This document shows, piece after piece, positions 1-13,358 of a DNA stretch of 64,000 nucleotides. Made by a program: the position numbers and the translations under genes. The stretch lies in assembly GCF_009914755.1 (NCBI RefSeq), contig NC_060931.1. One strand, given 5' to 3'. Under the pieces are notes generated by a model. The model was not told the DNA's origin. It did no database searches and saw nothing but the letters and a program-made list of their open reading frames with translations. How positions within the stretch are numbered: the first letter of the stretch is position 1; each line of letters starts with the position of its first letter. The DNA is from the human T2T-CHM13v2.0 reference genome, Homo sapiens.

Positions 1-305
1 TCAACAATGTTACTGAGGATTCCAGCATGACTGTAAATGCTCTGCTTTTAACTGTTCAGTTGGATGAAACTTGACAAATATTACAGTGGTGAAACTGTGA
101 CAAAAATTAAGACATAGAGCATTCCCATCACCTCAGAAATTTCCCCTTTACTGTCCATCACCCAACTTGTCCCAGCCCCAGAAAGCTGCTGATTGCATTC
201 AGTGACTACACATTCACTTCGATGTTTTAGATTTCCTAACAAAAAATTATACTGTATGGAGTTTTTTATGTCTGGCTTCTGTCAAAAAACAACACTCCAT
301 GAATA
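1..305 (-). mobile_element. Old L1 (L1ME-like) 3' region fragment
   Basis: Resembles the reverse of the L1ME 3'UTR (gacatagagcattcccatcacc...ccagcccca...tatgtctggcttct); appears to resume at about 860-950. Confidence 0.7.
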
Positions 306-319
306 TTTTCAAGTTTTTG

Positions 320-780
320 CATGATCTGGGCTTTTAAGCAAAAAGTCCTGGCCACCTGGGCTGAAGGATGATTGATGGTAACCATGTCTGGGAAGTTAGA
401 GATGGGGAGTTATTCCAGAAACACTATGGTTCATCTGCTCTGCAGCCATTAGCTTACATTCCAAAGGGCAATGGACCTGAAGGCTTCTCCTTCCCACCTG
501 AGAGGATCTGTTTATGTCAAAAAAAAAAAAAAACAAAAAAACCAGGTTTCTCTCTTTCCTCCAGAGGGGGAGCCAGGCAGCTGTACCAGCCACCCACATA
601 AGCTGCAAGATTTATGATTTGGAGCTCCTTCTTGTGGCACAAACCAAATCACATGTGTAGGTGCCCACTGCTCTTCTTGCATCGTCCCATGGGGAGGGGC
701 TGCATGGGGAACTGACACAAGATGCTCTGTGAATCATCAGGTCTGTCTTGGATCCAGAACAACATGCTTCCTGTCAGAAC
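320..780 (+). mobile_element. ERVL-type LTR remnant (LTR40/LTR41-like) interrupting the L1ME
   Basis: gcatcgtcccatgggga...ggggaactgacacaagatgct...gatccagaacaacatgcttcctgtcag resembles the recalled LTR40-family 3' half. Confidence 0.5.
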
Positions 781-815
781 CAACCAACCAACCAACCAAC
801 CAACGACCCAACCAA
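778..815 (+). repeat. (AACC)n microsatellite
   Basis: aaccaaccaaccaaccaaccaaccaac seen directly. Confidence 0.9.
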
Positions 816-859
816 TGCATACATGTAGAAAAGACTTCACGGCTTCTTTCCCTCAGCCT

Positions 860-950
860 TGTTTTAGAGACCCACCCACATTCATGTGTGTATCAGTAGT
901 GGCTTTCGTTTTATTGCTGAGTAATATTGAATTGTGTAGACACACACAAA
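860..950 (-). mobile_element. L1ME-like fragment, continuation of 1-305
   Basis: tgtgtatcagtagt...ttttattgctgagtaatatt is typical L1M antisense sequence. Confidence 0.65.
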
Positions 951-1010
951 AAAATGTCAACGGTAGACCACCATAAAAATTTTCTAGGAAAGTTCAAAAC
1001 TTATTTTTAA

Positions 1011-1062
1011 TACACACACTCACACGCACACACACACATGCCCATACACACAAACACACACA
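1011..1062 (+). repeat. Imperfect (CA)n
   Basis: Seen directly. Confidence 0.85.
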
Positions 1063-4000
1063 TTATGGTGGTCTACCATTGACATTTTTGACAATACTTT
1101 CATTTTAATGCCAGTAGACATACTCCTCTTGCAAATCCCACTGGCTCTAAGAAAAGCATATTCAGCTTGCATGCATGTGACCCTAAAAGTCAGGTGAAAA
1201 TCTAAAAGGAAAAGCAGGTACTCCTGTGTATTTGCCTGTGTTAGGGGGAAGAAAAACTTGGAGACTTTAGCAAAAAACAAACAAACAAACAAAACAGAAC
1301 AAAACAAAAAATCCTTCTAAGGATACATTGTCATTTCTCCTAAACATTCGGGCCATTATCAGCAGGCTGTGGTGTTAAGTCTTGTTTTTTCCTTTCTCAC
1401 TTCCATTTTTAGCCCACAGAACTAAATCTAACTCATTTTAGGTAGTGCAATGTGAGACACATCATTTGATGCTTCTGACACTGAGGTCCCACAGCTGTGA
1501 AGGAGTGTCATGTTCCCTGGTCCACCCACCATTTAGGGCATCAAATCCTGGGGCTCTCTACACAAACAGATCTTGTAGATCTACATGTTTCTGACAACTA
1601 TGTTGCAGCAGATAGCAACTACTTGCTGGAGGAAGGGTGGCTTTTCTAATGCATTGTAAAGGCAGTTTGGGCTGGTTGTGGAACAGAAAGTGCTGTGTGG
1701 ACTGGATGACTGTTCTAGCCACACACTGTGGAGGGTGAGGTGCCCGCTCCTTCCACAGTGTCACAAGTTGATGTCGAGCCTGCAGAGCAGAAGCTGTGAA
1801 GCACCTGCCTCTCCTGAGGGCAGCCTGGAGGCATCACCTGCTGAGTTGTCTCTACCAAGCTGAAACACACACAGAAACCTCCTTTAGCAATTCTCCACGT
1901 GGACCAGTCACTGGAATTGCAGTGCCCTGGGCAAGAGATTAGTGAGATTTCACCAGCTAAGCAGGGCTGGGCTTTAGTAATGCTTGTTAGGGGATTTCCA
2001 AATGGTGTGGGGAGAGAATGTGTAATGCCTTCCCCACCTTTTGGGTGATATCACCTTTGAGTAAAACATAGTAAACAAAGTAAAAAATCCTGAGGGCAAG
2101 CCAACGAGGATTCTGGGGAAGGAATTTCTACTAAGCAGGGTAGTGCTTTCTCCATGGCCCTGAATCACCTGGCAGGGACTCAGCCTTGGAGGTTTCTTAC
2201 ACCACAAGATCATCTGTCTCAAACGTAGCCAGGGGGAAGTTAAGGGCAAAAGCTGATGTCAGAGACCCCTAGAGGCCCCTAGAGTAGTGGCTCCCAGTTG
2301 CTAGATGACAGCATTGTGCACTGTTCCTCAGGACACTCTACTTTGTTTAGTTTGTATAAACCAGTGACCTTTGCTTCTGCTTAGGCCACATGTTTCTGGG
2401 TAACTTTGCCACCCATGTACATCGTACAAAGTTCAAAAGTTGGGGCATTTCTCTGCCTCCTCCTGTTGCCTCATCAGGGATAACTCTGAGTTATCATTAA
2501 AACATAATGGATACATTTTAAACAAATTTTAAAATGAGATTTTTGTATTATCCTATTTTTATTAAAATATCGTTTGCAAATCTAATTCTCATTTTCCTGA
2601 TTGTATTTTTTTTTTCCATTTCCAAGCCAAAAAGGATTACAAGAATTTTAACTTTGGCTTCTTAAAAAGAGCTAACTTGTTCTGGAGCACTATTTGCCTT
2701 TTTGCTCCTCAGGTCGAGACCACTCATCTCAGGCACGCAGAGGCTGTCTGTGACTATCCCAATTAAACAACTTGCAAGATCCTTCAAGCCAGAATTCAGG
2801 GTCGGCTCCAAGTGAGGGACACTTCACTGTTCTCTTCCACAACCAGACTATCATCTCTGCCCTAAGAGGAGCTGACAAGTCCACCTAGCAGACTAAAGAG
2901 TTGTGTACCAGGAGTCTCAAAGCTGTCTTCTGATGACCCACAGCTACCTTTCTGGGGGTCCTGGGGAGGTCACTTTCCTCATCTAGGTCTTAATCCCTTT
3001 TTATGAGATTGAGAGTTCTGAATGAGAACTACAAAGAACTGTTTAATTCTTGCCATCCAATGGCTAGAGGAGCATTTGGCGTGTGCCAGATATTCCCCGC
3101 TGGCCCCAGGGACCTCCTCTGCACCCCTTTCTGCCCTACTGTGCTCCCTAACAGGCGGACCTCTACCAGTGTTATTTCTGGGTCCCCTGCCCTCCAGCCC
3201 CTGGTTGGGGGTGGCCAGTAAGATTCACTAGGTATTAAACCCAAGAGACAGATATTTCTTCACTGTTAGCAAAGTCAGTCAGGCACCAGGAGAATGTCTC
3301 TGTGGGTGTCACTTAAGGGACTTTGGACACCTATGCTTAGGCTTGTTCAAATAAATGACATGTGAGTACTTTGCAGTTTGATAGTTCTATGAATCATGAA
3401 TACAGTGCAATGAAAACGTCAACCTATAATGTTACCAGGGATTAATTGCTATGGATTATCATTCTTCTCTGCCTTGCTTTCTGCAAACATAACATTATTC
3501 CTTAAAAAACATATACACTTATGTGCACAAACACATGCACACATGATGTTTTTAGACTAATTAACATAATTAAAATTTTCTGAAATAGTTAAGTGGAATA
3601 GACTTTTTTCCAAAAATGACAGTTTCTTCTCCAGTGAAGAAGAAAAGACACCTCATAATTTAAACATTTCATTTGAAAATATATTCTCAGAAATGTATAA
3701 TGTAGATATTGCTTTAAAACAAGCTCATCTTATGAATATTTCTCCAATTTGTCTGTAAGTTTGCCAATTTTTTTCTCCTTGGGTCAGGGTGCAGATATGT
3801 AGTGTGTATCAATTAGCATGATATATCTGCAATGTTTATATTAAAAATTACGAAAAACATGCTTCTCGAAACATGTAACTAGATACCAGTTAAGGGAGTC
3901 TCTGGTAGCCATGAAAATTGCACTCAGGGGACCCATAAGGTTAGCATTACATTGGAACAGATGATTGCCTAAGATTTGTAGCTGTGGGGACAAAGCTTTT

Positions 4001-4545
4001 GTCAGATCATTAAATCATATAACATCATAACCCCTTCTGCAGGAAGTCTGGGAGCCAAAATGGGATTGCTGAAATTTATGAGCAGAAGCACATGCAGTTT
4101 ACTAGATAACTTGAAATAGGTAGAGCAAAATTGGAACCTCCCGACTCACTGAACTTGCTCTCCCCAGGCAGCTGTTGCAAATGGCCATGGTTTCCATGAA
4201 GAGTGCACAGATGGCTCCGTCCTCACAACTTCCTTAGAAAGATGGAAAATGGAACTTGTCTTGATGACAGTGTCTGCTAGGTTCATCAACTTCTGAAATG
4301 TGGTGACAGAGCATAGACTATAACTCATGGGTAAAAGGACATTGCTTAGAAGCAAATAGTAATATTTGTCAGGGAAGATCTTGAAGAGTTCACTTATTAA
4401 AACATTGAGTTGACATCTCTTATTTTGATCAAAATAAATGAAAATGGGGTCAGCATTGTAGTGTATTCTACCTTTAATTAGCTAATTAATTTTTGAGACA
4501 GGTTTGAGACCTACTCACTAGAAAGATACATGCATAGAATTTCAC

Positions 4546-5200
4546 ATACCCAAAGGAAATGAAATCAGTATTTCAAAGAGATAGCTACATGCCTGTGTTC
4601 ATTGCAGCACTATTCACAGTAGCCAAGATATGGAAGCAACCTAAATGTCCATCACTGAGTGAATGGATAAAGAAAATGTGGTTTATAGACACAATGGAAT
4701 ACCATTCAGTTTTAAAAAAAGCAGGAAATCCCGTCATTTGTGACAACCTGGATAAATCTGGAGAACATTATGCCAAGTGAAATAAGCCAGATACAGAAAG
4801 ACAAATACTATATGATCTCACTGATATGTGGAATCTTAAAAAGTTGTAATCACAGAAGCCGAGAGTAGAATGCTGGTTGCCAAGGGCTGGGGGCAGTGGG
4901 GAGGAGTGGGAAGGGGTGGGGCAGATGTTGATCAAAGGAAATACAATTTCAATTAGATGGAAATAAGTTCAGGAGATTTATTATACAGCATGGTGACTAC
5001 AGTTAATAACAATATGTTGTATATTTAAAAAATGCTAAGAGGGTGGATTTTAAATGCTCTCACCACAAGAGTAGGTAGTATGTGAGGTGATGGATGTGCT
5101 CAGTTGCTTCATTTAATCATTCTGCAGTGTGTACGCATATCAAGACATCATGCTAGACATCATAAATATATGTAATGATTATTTGTCTACTAAAAATACT
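4546..5200 (+). mobile_element. 5'-truncated L1MA-type LINE (ORF2 C-terminus plus 3'UTR)
   Basis: ORF 4559-4780 (FIAALFTVAKIWKQPKCPS...WIKKMW...TMEY) matches the L1 ORF2p C-terminus; followed by a G-rich tract and an L1MA 3'UTR. Confidence 0.92.
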
Positions 5201-5789
5201 TTAAACAAAACTTTTGGGGGTTCACAGATCTGTTCATGTTTCTACCCCCAATTATGACACTTCCTCAGAGATTCCTCTGCTGTGATGAATGACGCCAAGC
5301 ATGTGTTCCCAATCATGATTGCCTAAGAACGGCTTTCCACCTCTGGAGAGCCTTACGCTCTGCTGTTTTGGACTTTTCCCTTAGCATTGTTGAGGATTAG
5401 AGTAAAATAGAAATTAGTATAACCAAATATGGCATCGATTTGTTTACTGCTTTGTCTTAAGTGGGGTGCAAAGCTGTATATTTTATATCTTTTCTCAAAT
5501 GATTCCTGAAAGTCCTAACATGCATCTGGGCTTTCTGAACTGTCTCCCCATTTTTTCCCCTATTAATTTGAACTTTACTCCTTTTCTTTACAAAATATTA
5601 AGGTTCTTCTTCATTTGGAATCCCACAAATCACAGTTTCCACTTGAAGGAATCTGATGTTGTCTCGGCTATGACTTGGAGCACTTGCTTGTGAGATTAAG
5701 CCTTATTGTACTGTTTTATTATATTTTATTATAAAAGGACTCACGCATCCCCCTAGGGAACCATGTCATCCCTGCTGTGCTGACCTCTG

Positions 5790-6145
5790 TCCCGCCCCAG
5801 TGCAAGCATCCCTGCCTCTGGGCTTTTGCACCTGTCCCTCCGCCTAAGGCTGTTCCTAGAATGTTTGCAAGGTGAGTTGTTGGCTCCTTCTCACATTCAT
5901 ATTTCAGCCCAAATGCCATCTCCTTAAGGGACATTTCTTTTCCCTTGATCTAAAGGAGCCTTGATGGACCACCTGAGATGGCTGCTTTCTTCATTCCAAT
6001 CATAATAGTCCTGCAGTTTCTTGTTTATTTGTTACTCATTCCCCTACCCTGCCAAACAAAAGGCTTTGTGAAGAAGCCCCTGGTCTGTTACTGTGAAGGC
6101 CCCATCCCAGCACCTGACACCTAGCCGACCCTTGAGAAATGCTTT
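5790..6145 (+). mobile_element. L2 3' fragment
   Basis: gggcttttgcacctg...cccaaatgccatctcc...ccagcacctg resembles the L2 3' end. Confidence 0.55.
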
Positions 6146-6550
6146 CCTGCCTCAGAAACTGACCTGAGAATATTTTGAAGTTACTAATGAGACCTCTATG
6201 TATATTTTAATGTGCAAAACTTGCATACTTACCCTTGCAGAAATGTAGAATGCTAGCTTATTGAGAAAACAAATGAAACACTTCACTCATGATAAATTCA
6301 ACTGTGCAAAGTGCATATGCAGTGACAAATATTTCATAAATTATGAGCGTGGCAACAAAGATGGAGCAGGCTTAATTTTGATGTGGATTGACAGTTGAGA
6401 AGACCAGTAATTACTTAGATTGGTTTTTTTCTGCCTCTTTCTCCTGACTGATATATTTCTTATAAATTATAAGAGAAAGGTAATTTTTAAAAATAATAAT
6501 TATATTGCTTACAGAATTTTCCTCCAAATGGTCATATAAAAATCTCCCTT

Positions 6551-6850
6551 GGCTGGGTGTGGTGGCTCACACCTATAATCCCAGCACTTTTGGAGGCCGA
6601 AGTAGGTGGATCACCTGAGGTCAGGAGATCGAGACCAGCCTGGCCAACGTGGTGAAATCTCATCTCTACTAAAAATACAAAAATTAGCTGGGCGTGGTTG
6701 CAGGTGCCTGTAATACCAGCTACTCAGGAGGCTGATGCTGGAGAATCGCTTGAACCCAGGAGGCGGAGGTTGCAGTGAGCTGAGATAGTGCCATTGCACT
6801 CCAGCGTGGGAGACAAGAGTGAAACTGTCTCAAAAAAAAAAAAAAAAAAA
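6551..6850 (+). mobile_element. AluS (Sq-like), full length
   Basis: Dimeric Alu with A-tail; gacaagagtgaaac diagnostic; degenerate TSD aaaatctccct/aaacactcccc. Confidence 0.97.
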
Positions 6851-7530
6851 CACTCCCCTAAGCTGCAGGCCAATATAGAGGTGGAGGTGCTTGGGGACCA
6901 AGCAATGATGAATTTGAGTCCATAAATATGCAGGGGAAGTCAGTGATGCTTTCTCCTCTAAGACAGATTCATGGTAGTAAAACTCTCAAGGTTAGGATGA
7001 ACCGCCCACCTGAATCCAAATTCCACATTCCTCACATTGCACAACTCAATTTGAACCCTCTAAAACTCATTTTCATTATCTACAACATGTGCTTATATTC
7101 TTTTTCTCACAAGATGTTTGTTAATAGCAAATAGTAAGATGCATGGGAAAGTTCAGCATGAAGGTTAATTACTTTATTGTCCCATGGATATAACAGTGCT
7201 ATGAATATAGTAGATACTTAATGAAGAGTTGTTTATTATTGCCTTTATCTCTTTCAATGGATATTCTGAAGCATTTTCTAATACTTGAATCAAACATTGG
7301 AGAAACTGGTATCAAGTTTTGAGGGGCAATAATAAAGGAGAGATTCCCTGAGTAGGATGCAGGTCTAAGTGCTTTGGGTCTAAGGGCCAATTTTAAGCCC
7401 TATGGTGAAGCTGCCCTTCCTACGTGCCCCATTGGGAACAAAAGTGGGGCAGGCTGAGGTTTCCTCATTTGTGTCTTACAGGATCCCATGGGGATAGGTT
7501 TTGGTCACAGCCAAAGGTCCTGCTTTGCCC

Positions 7531-7655
7531 ACAGCCTATTAATTTAAATGTTAATCTCATCCAAAACACTCTCACTGACACACCCAGAATAATGTCTAAT
7601 CCCATATCTGGGCTCTGTGGCCCAGCACATTTGACACATGCAGTTAACTATCACA
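7531..7655 (-). mobile_element. MLT2 LTR 5' fragment
   Basis: Ends in ttgacacatgcagttaactatcaca, the reverse of the MLT2 start tgtgatggttaa. Confidence 0.8.
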
Positions 7656-9139
7656 TTGAGCTTCTGGGGAACTCTTCTGTTTAGGCGATATTTTTCCGAT
7701 ACAATTGCTTCCTCTCCCAGTTCACTCCTTGACTCTCCGCCAGTGTCATTGGAGAACGGTGCACCAGCAAGAGGAACAGCAGTCACTCTGTTCCTCAGTG
7801 GACATGGGAGCAGTGCTGTCATTGCTCTTCAATGGCTGTTAGCACGTGCTGGTTCTCTTCTCCAAAGCATGCCACACTGCAAGGGTTCTGCTCAAATAAC
7901 CATCGTGACTGCCAGCTGGGGCCTGGGACTCCAAGATTCTCCATTTACAGACAGGGAAAGTCACAGGGGAGTCAGGATGGCACAGGGATAGAAGCCAAAT
8001 CTCTCATTGCTGGTCCACAGTTACTTCCTCTGCATCGGCCTTGACTTGGCATGAAATCACTGATGAGACTTCCACGACATGGATGAGGACTCCACTCCTT
8101 AGATTTGTCTGATGCAATAGAGAAGAACTAAATTCACCAAGTGTCAGCACTCCATTATCAATACAATTTGAAAAATTAATTCCAAAATCTGTACTATCCC
8201 TTTGTGTTCACTTTATGTGCTTGATACCTGAGGAAATACATCATTGACTAAAAAAAAAAAGGTTCTGCCCCCTCTCACTCCTTAAGAACAAGGTCTAGGT
8301 TGGTTGCAAAGAGTGAAGAAAGAACAAATACAGATACAAAGACAAACTAAAATTTAGTTACAGTTTAGATAACTAAAATCCTGTCTAGAAGTCTTGAGGA
8401 AGAGGGTCCCTGGGCCCATAGTTTGAATCAATGCAGTGATAGAATGTATTGGCCATTTAATCTGCAAACAGGAGTGAAGGATTAGTGTAATCAGGGTAAT
8501 AGATCGATTTCAGTCTTTTCCTTCTTTAATTAACATCTGGTTATCTGTGAACAATAGCCACATAGTGCAAAGTACTTACTCTGCTTCTTCAAATTTGCCT
8601 CCTTTGCTGTCTGAAAATGGATTGATGTGACTAACATTCAGTTACTATGTGGTGTGCTGAAATAGTCATCTCAAGATTTTTTTTCTCCAAGATCATGATT
8701 AATGGGACAAATAACATCAAGTCCTGCCCTGGTTTGCCCACTGGCAACAGGAGCATGAGCAGTGCCCTTGCTTGTGGATGACGCACGACTCAGGCACCCA
8801 GAGCTGTGGCCCTGCTCGTGCTGCGAAGCCGAGGCCCTGGGCTGGGGCCAAATTTGGCCATGAGCATTTTCACTTTGGGAGATGTCAGGACAAGTTGGCA
8901 GGCAGAGGCCACAGTAGGAAGGCCGAGGATCTGATGGCCCAGGCCCCGCTGTTGAAGGGGCCACCAAGGGCTGATGGGCAGCATATGGTGAAGGTAGCAG
9001 GACCCAAGGTTTTAGTCCAGGGAGTTAGTTTAAGTCAAGAGGAAAGAAGAGGCATGGAGCCTGGAAGGCGAGTCTGTCCGGTAGCAGAAATGGCTTGATT
9101 TCATTTTACGACAGTTCTTAAAACTTTTGTTCTTACTAC

Positions 9140-9375
9140 TTATTTTTTATTTGACAAGTAAAATTGTATATATTTATGGTGTACAAAACCATGTTTTGAA
9201 ATATGTACACACTGTGGAAGTGCTAAATTCAGCTAATTAGCATATACGTTAGCTTACATAGTTGTCATTTATTTGTGGTGAAAGCTTTTCAAATCTACTC
9301 TGTCAGTAATGTTGGAGTGCACAGTATGTTGTTATTAAGTATAGTCACCATGCTGGACCATAGATCTTTTGCTGA
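9140..9375 (-). mobile_element. L1MA-type 3' end
   Basis: aattgtatatatttatggtgtacaa...tatagtcaccatgctg; antisense counterpart of the sequence type at 4980-5190. Confidence 0.85.
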
Positions 9376-9487
9376 ATACTTTTGGCTCTTTCTACACAGT
9401 AAGCCCCACCTCACAAGGCAATCGCAGGCACACCACAGGCACCAAAGGAGTTCTGGGCCCAGAGGGCAAGATGGAGCTCAGTGCTAG

Positions 9488-9650
9488 GTGCCACTAGCTG
9501 CCAGGTTGGGGCCATCTCCTAAATTTTCAGAGTCTTGTTTCCTCATCTCCACAGCAGGAGTACCAAACTCCACTTCTAGGGCTGCTGAGAGGATTGAGCC
9601 AGAAAACAGCCAGGCCCTGGCACAGAGCTCAGTGTGTGGAGTCTGCTGAA
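9488..9650 (+). mobile_element. MIR
   Basis: Core tttcctcatct...agggctgctgagaggattga...cctggcaca. Confidence 0.65.
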
Positions 9651-10007
9651 TCCACCATGTAACCGAATCTGCAGGCGATTCTCCAGGGGAGTGCCAGAAA
9701 AATGCTCAACACTTAGGGCTTAAGTCAAAGATGTAACAAATGAGGCTGGAAGGGAACATTCGTATCTTGTATCCATTTATCCAATGGGCTTGGATCCTTA
9801 CACCACCCCACCAAGTCCTTGTTGTGACTTTATTTGAATGCTAGTGAGCTTGTCATCCCTCCTTCTCCTCTCCCTTCCTTTTAATTTTTTTTTCTTAGCT
9901 ATTTATTAAACACTTACTACCTGCCAGACAGAGTTAGGCACAAGAGATATCATGGCAAGAGAAACAGAAGTGTACAAAGCCACAGGCACATTTGGAAGGA
10001 ATGTTAA

Positions 10008-10339
10008 TGTTGCGAGACTTTTCCTTAGCTCAATTAAAGACAGGGTCCTTGTCACACAGCCAGGAAAATTTAGGCTCGTAGATGATTTGAAGAGTGAGAA
10101 AAATGGGATTTATTGGGCAAAAAGGGAAAAAAGGGGTAACAGAGACTCTTAGTGAAGCAAGAGAGTGTGCTTTTTGCCTGTGCGCTTCCCACCTCACAGA
10201 TTGAATCCCAGGTTCCACCCAGGAAGAGGAGGGGCCAGGCTTCTCCCTGCTGCAAACAGCACAGAACTTCTGTGGCTCCACTCTAGTGCACAGACTGGTT
10301 GGAGTTTCTCTGGGGGCCCCTTCCCACCTGGCTGTCTCA
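10008..10339 (-). mobile_element. MER61-like ERV1 solo LTR
   Basis: Reverse complement starts tgagacagccaggtgggaagggg and ends ...gcaaca (TG...CA); flanks gttaa/tttaa. Confidence 0.8.
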
Positions 10340-11074
10340 TTTAAGGGATGCATTGTCTCTGGAAGAGGGCTTGAGTCAGCTGAGGTAGTGAGCGCTGGGC
10401 AGCTGAGATGAGCTGGGTGTGGGTGGGGCTTGGATGTGATGCCAGACTGCAGTGAGCCCAGAGCTTGAATCCCCACTCATGCTGAAGCCCAGCAGTTCCT
10501 GACGTAGAGATGCTGGCTATTTGGAGAAGGCTCTGGGTGTCAGGTAGAAAAATATGTTTAGCATGCTCTTTAAGGGGAATTCCCTGGTCTCTTGATGTGG
10601 ATTCATGCGCCTGGTTGAAAGTGGCCCAACTTAGAAGTAAGTCTGGGACAGAAGCCAAGTGCAGGAATTCTGCTCCCAAGGACTTTTTAATCTGCTTGAT
10701 TCTGCCTCTTCCCACCTGGGGTCAAGCACACACCCTTTGTTTCCATGGAGGGGCACTCTCTGTCAGGGTGGGATGGTGGCAGCAGGCTGACTCTGTCCCT
10801 CACTGCTCACTCTCCAGCTCAAGGACACCAAGTCCTGGTCCTGGACTCAGTGGCTCTGCTGCCACCTCGGACGGACAGATGCAAACTTATAATCCTTCCG
10901 TGACCTTCGCATTTTCTTTGTTGGTGTTTTTATTGCAGATGAGCTCGGCCTTCTTTCTGTGTCAGTCAAGGAGGTGTCTGTCTTCATGTCTGAGCATCCA
11001 TCAAGGCCCCATTCCATCCACTTCCTCTCTGTGTCCTATCTGCTGACATGCTTTCTTTCACATGTGATCATGAG

Positions 11075-11182
11075 TTCCTCCCAACTGGGGTGCAGACTTT
11101 GCTGTGTTCACTGTTGTACTCCCAGCACTTAGGATAAAGGCAGCTGGCACATTGTAGGAACTGTGTAAATATTTGCTGAGCT
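11075..11182 (+). mobile_element. L2 3' end
   Basis: gttcactgttgtactcccagcactta...tggcacattgtagg...aaatatttgctga. Confidence 0.7.
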
Positions 11183-11721
11183 AGTGAAGCACTCTGGCTC
11201 ATAGCTGCCAGCCTGAGACCCATGGTACCCTGGTGACTGGGCTCATCCATCTTTACATCGTCTTCCTCTTCTGCAGTGAATGCAAAATGGTCTCTGCTCA
11301 CACACCCTTAAAGTCTAGGGAGGCAGAAAAACATGAACACATCATGGTGAAGAATAAGTGGCAGGAGGGATCCTCAGAGCCGAGGAGGCATTGAGCTGAG
11401 TCTTCCTGGAGTCTGGGCTCCGGGAGGGGACTTGCTCTCCCAATAGATTTGCATGCTCTCCATCAGAAATAGGATGAGGGATTACCTTTCCTTACCACTG
11501 ATTCATTTCAGAAAATACCTCTGTCATTTATTTTCTCAACAAATGGATTGGTTTGGGGTGGACCCTATGTTCCATCGATCCTGCTATTGCTCCTGTTAGG
11601 GCATCGACCACACTCACAGCTCTAGGATGGGGTTTTGGGTGTGTGCATCCTGAGGACCTCAATTTTTTCTCTGAACTCTGTGCTGATGGTTTAGCCTCTT
11701 GGCTGCTCAGTCCTCCTGAAA

Positions 11722-11840
11722 TTGTGGTCACCAGTCCAGCAACATCAGCCTCTACTGGGAACCTTTTGGAAATGCCAGTTCTTGGGCCCCTCCCCAGGCC
11801 TGTGGAGTCTGTGGGACTGTCAGGAATCTGGGCTCTGACA
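11722..11840 (+). mobile_element. MER5A (hAT-Charlie) fragment
   Basis: ccagcaacatcagcctctactgggaaccttttggaaatgc...gggcccctccccagg. Confidence 0.7.
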
Positions 11841-13358
11841 TAGGCCAACCTTAAGAATGCCTTTAGTAGCTGTGCATAGGGAGGATGGATGCTGGAAACA
11901 GCAGGGAGGGGATATCTGAAGTTGGGGGCCCTTGAAGTTAGGGGCTCCATTCAAAGGCTGTTAATTGCTCAGACAAGAGAATGCGAGGGCCCAGACCAGG
12001 ACTGGAAAGATGTGGGTGGGTCTATGATATGTTTATAAAAGTAATGGCCTACCCTTGGTGATGGGAGGACAGCAGGGCCAGTTATTCTTGTACTTGCTTA
12101 CAGCATGACTGTAAGGAACTGTGCTCCTGCGGGGCCTCCTGGGTGGCTGCTCAGCCTCATCCAGCTCCTTCCAGCTTCTTCATCAGGATCTGCCACTATC
12201 TTTGTCCTCCAGCTTTGCTCAGCAACTTGACTAGGAATCGGATTCCTACCTGCTTCTTCCCCCAACGTGGAGTCTATGTGCACGTGTGAGGAGGGATTAA
12301 TTTGCTTTGACCCAGTCTTAGGGTTTATTTTCCCAACTGCCACACCTTGTCCTCCTGTCTGTGCTTCCCTGCTTGGCCTTCTTTCTGAACTTCTTCTATC
12401 CACACTGCTGTAGGTTTCTTTTCAGCACTCACAGGTCATCAGGGCTAGAAGGGAAGTGCAGTATTTTCTTGGAAAATAGTAATAATCCACTTTGTTTTCC
12501 ATTATCTCTGTTTCCACAGTTACCTCATAGGCATGTTGAGATAACTGTATTTTAGGCTTGCAATTAATTTGTGAATTATTAAGAGACTGGTGATCATAGC
12601 TCTCTCTTGATAGTTCTCGTAAATCTCTCTCTCTGACTTCTGGTCAGCTCTTGGAGTCTTCTTTCTGGACACATGAAAAGAAAGGACAGAGTTGGATGCA
12701 ATGTGTCAATGGTTAGGGGTTGGGCTGGGATATAGGTCATCAAGATTTAAGTGTGCCGTTGTTTTGAGTTTTGATTGCTCTAAAAGGGCAAAGAAAAAAC
12801 AGGTTTTCTCATGGGATTTTTGCCATTAGCACACCAAATTAAAGCCAAATCTGCTTTTCTGGGGGAGGACTGACATTTATGTTTCCTCTCTTGGTCAGAA
12901 ACCAGAATTTTATTTAATTTCTTAAGGAATTAAAGTTTCTGCAAAATTTGAAAGAGAATGGTATAACTCAACTTAGTTTCTTGACATGGGCAAATGTTTG
13001 AGAGTTCTTTGTGATTTAATCAATTAATGTTTTCATTTTTATTTTATTATAATAAAACAAAGAAAAAAACCCCCAATATTATAAAAATGCATATTCCCTC
13101 TGAACAAGGAAGTAGATTCCTGAACAATTACAGGAAAGAAACTTTTCCCCCCACCTAATACATTCTTCACTTGTTACTCTAAAACATTCAGGCACTCCCA
13201 CGCTCTGAAGAGTGGGAGAATGAGTGAGAGAAAAGTCTACACTTCATGCAAGGAGATGCTGAAGTTGACCTCATGTGTGGTGCATGAGTGTTCAGCAATT
13301 GTGTTTCATCTTTACTGAGCAACAGAAAGACCCTGAGCCCTGGCATCACTATTGCCAG

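Noticed and set aside
3855-3878. p53-like pair aaacatgctt-N4-aaacatgtaa
   Set aside because: Second half-site has two mismatches and there is a 4-nt spacer; expected by chance.
4883-4922. G-quadruplex-capable G-tract
   Set aside because: Standard feature of the L1 3'UTR.
10008-10339. p53 response element expected in some MER61 LTRs
   Set aside because: No paired RRRCWWGYYY half-sites visible in this copy.
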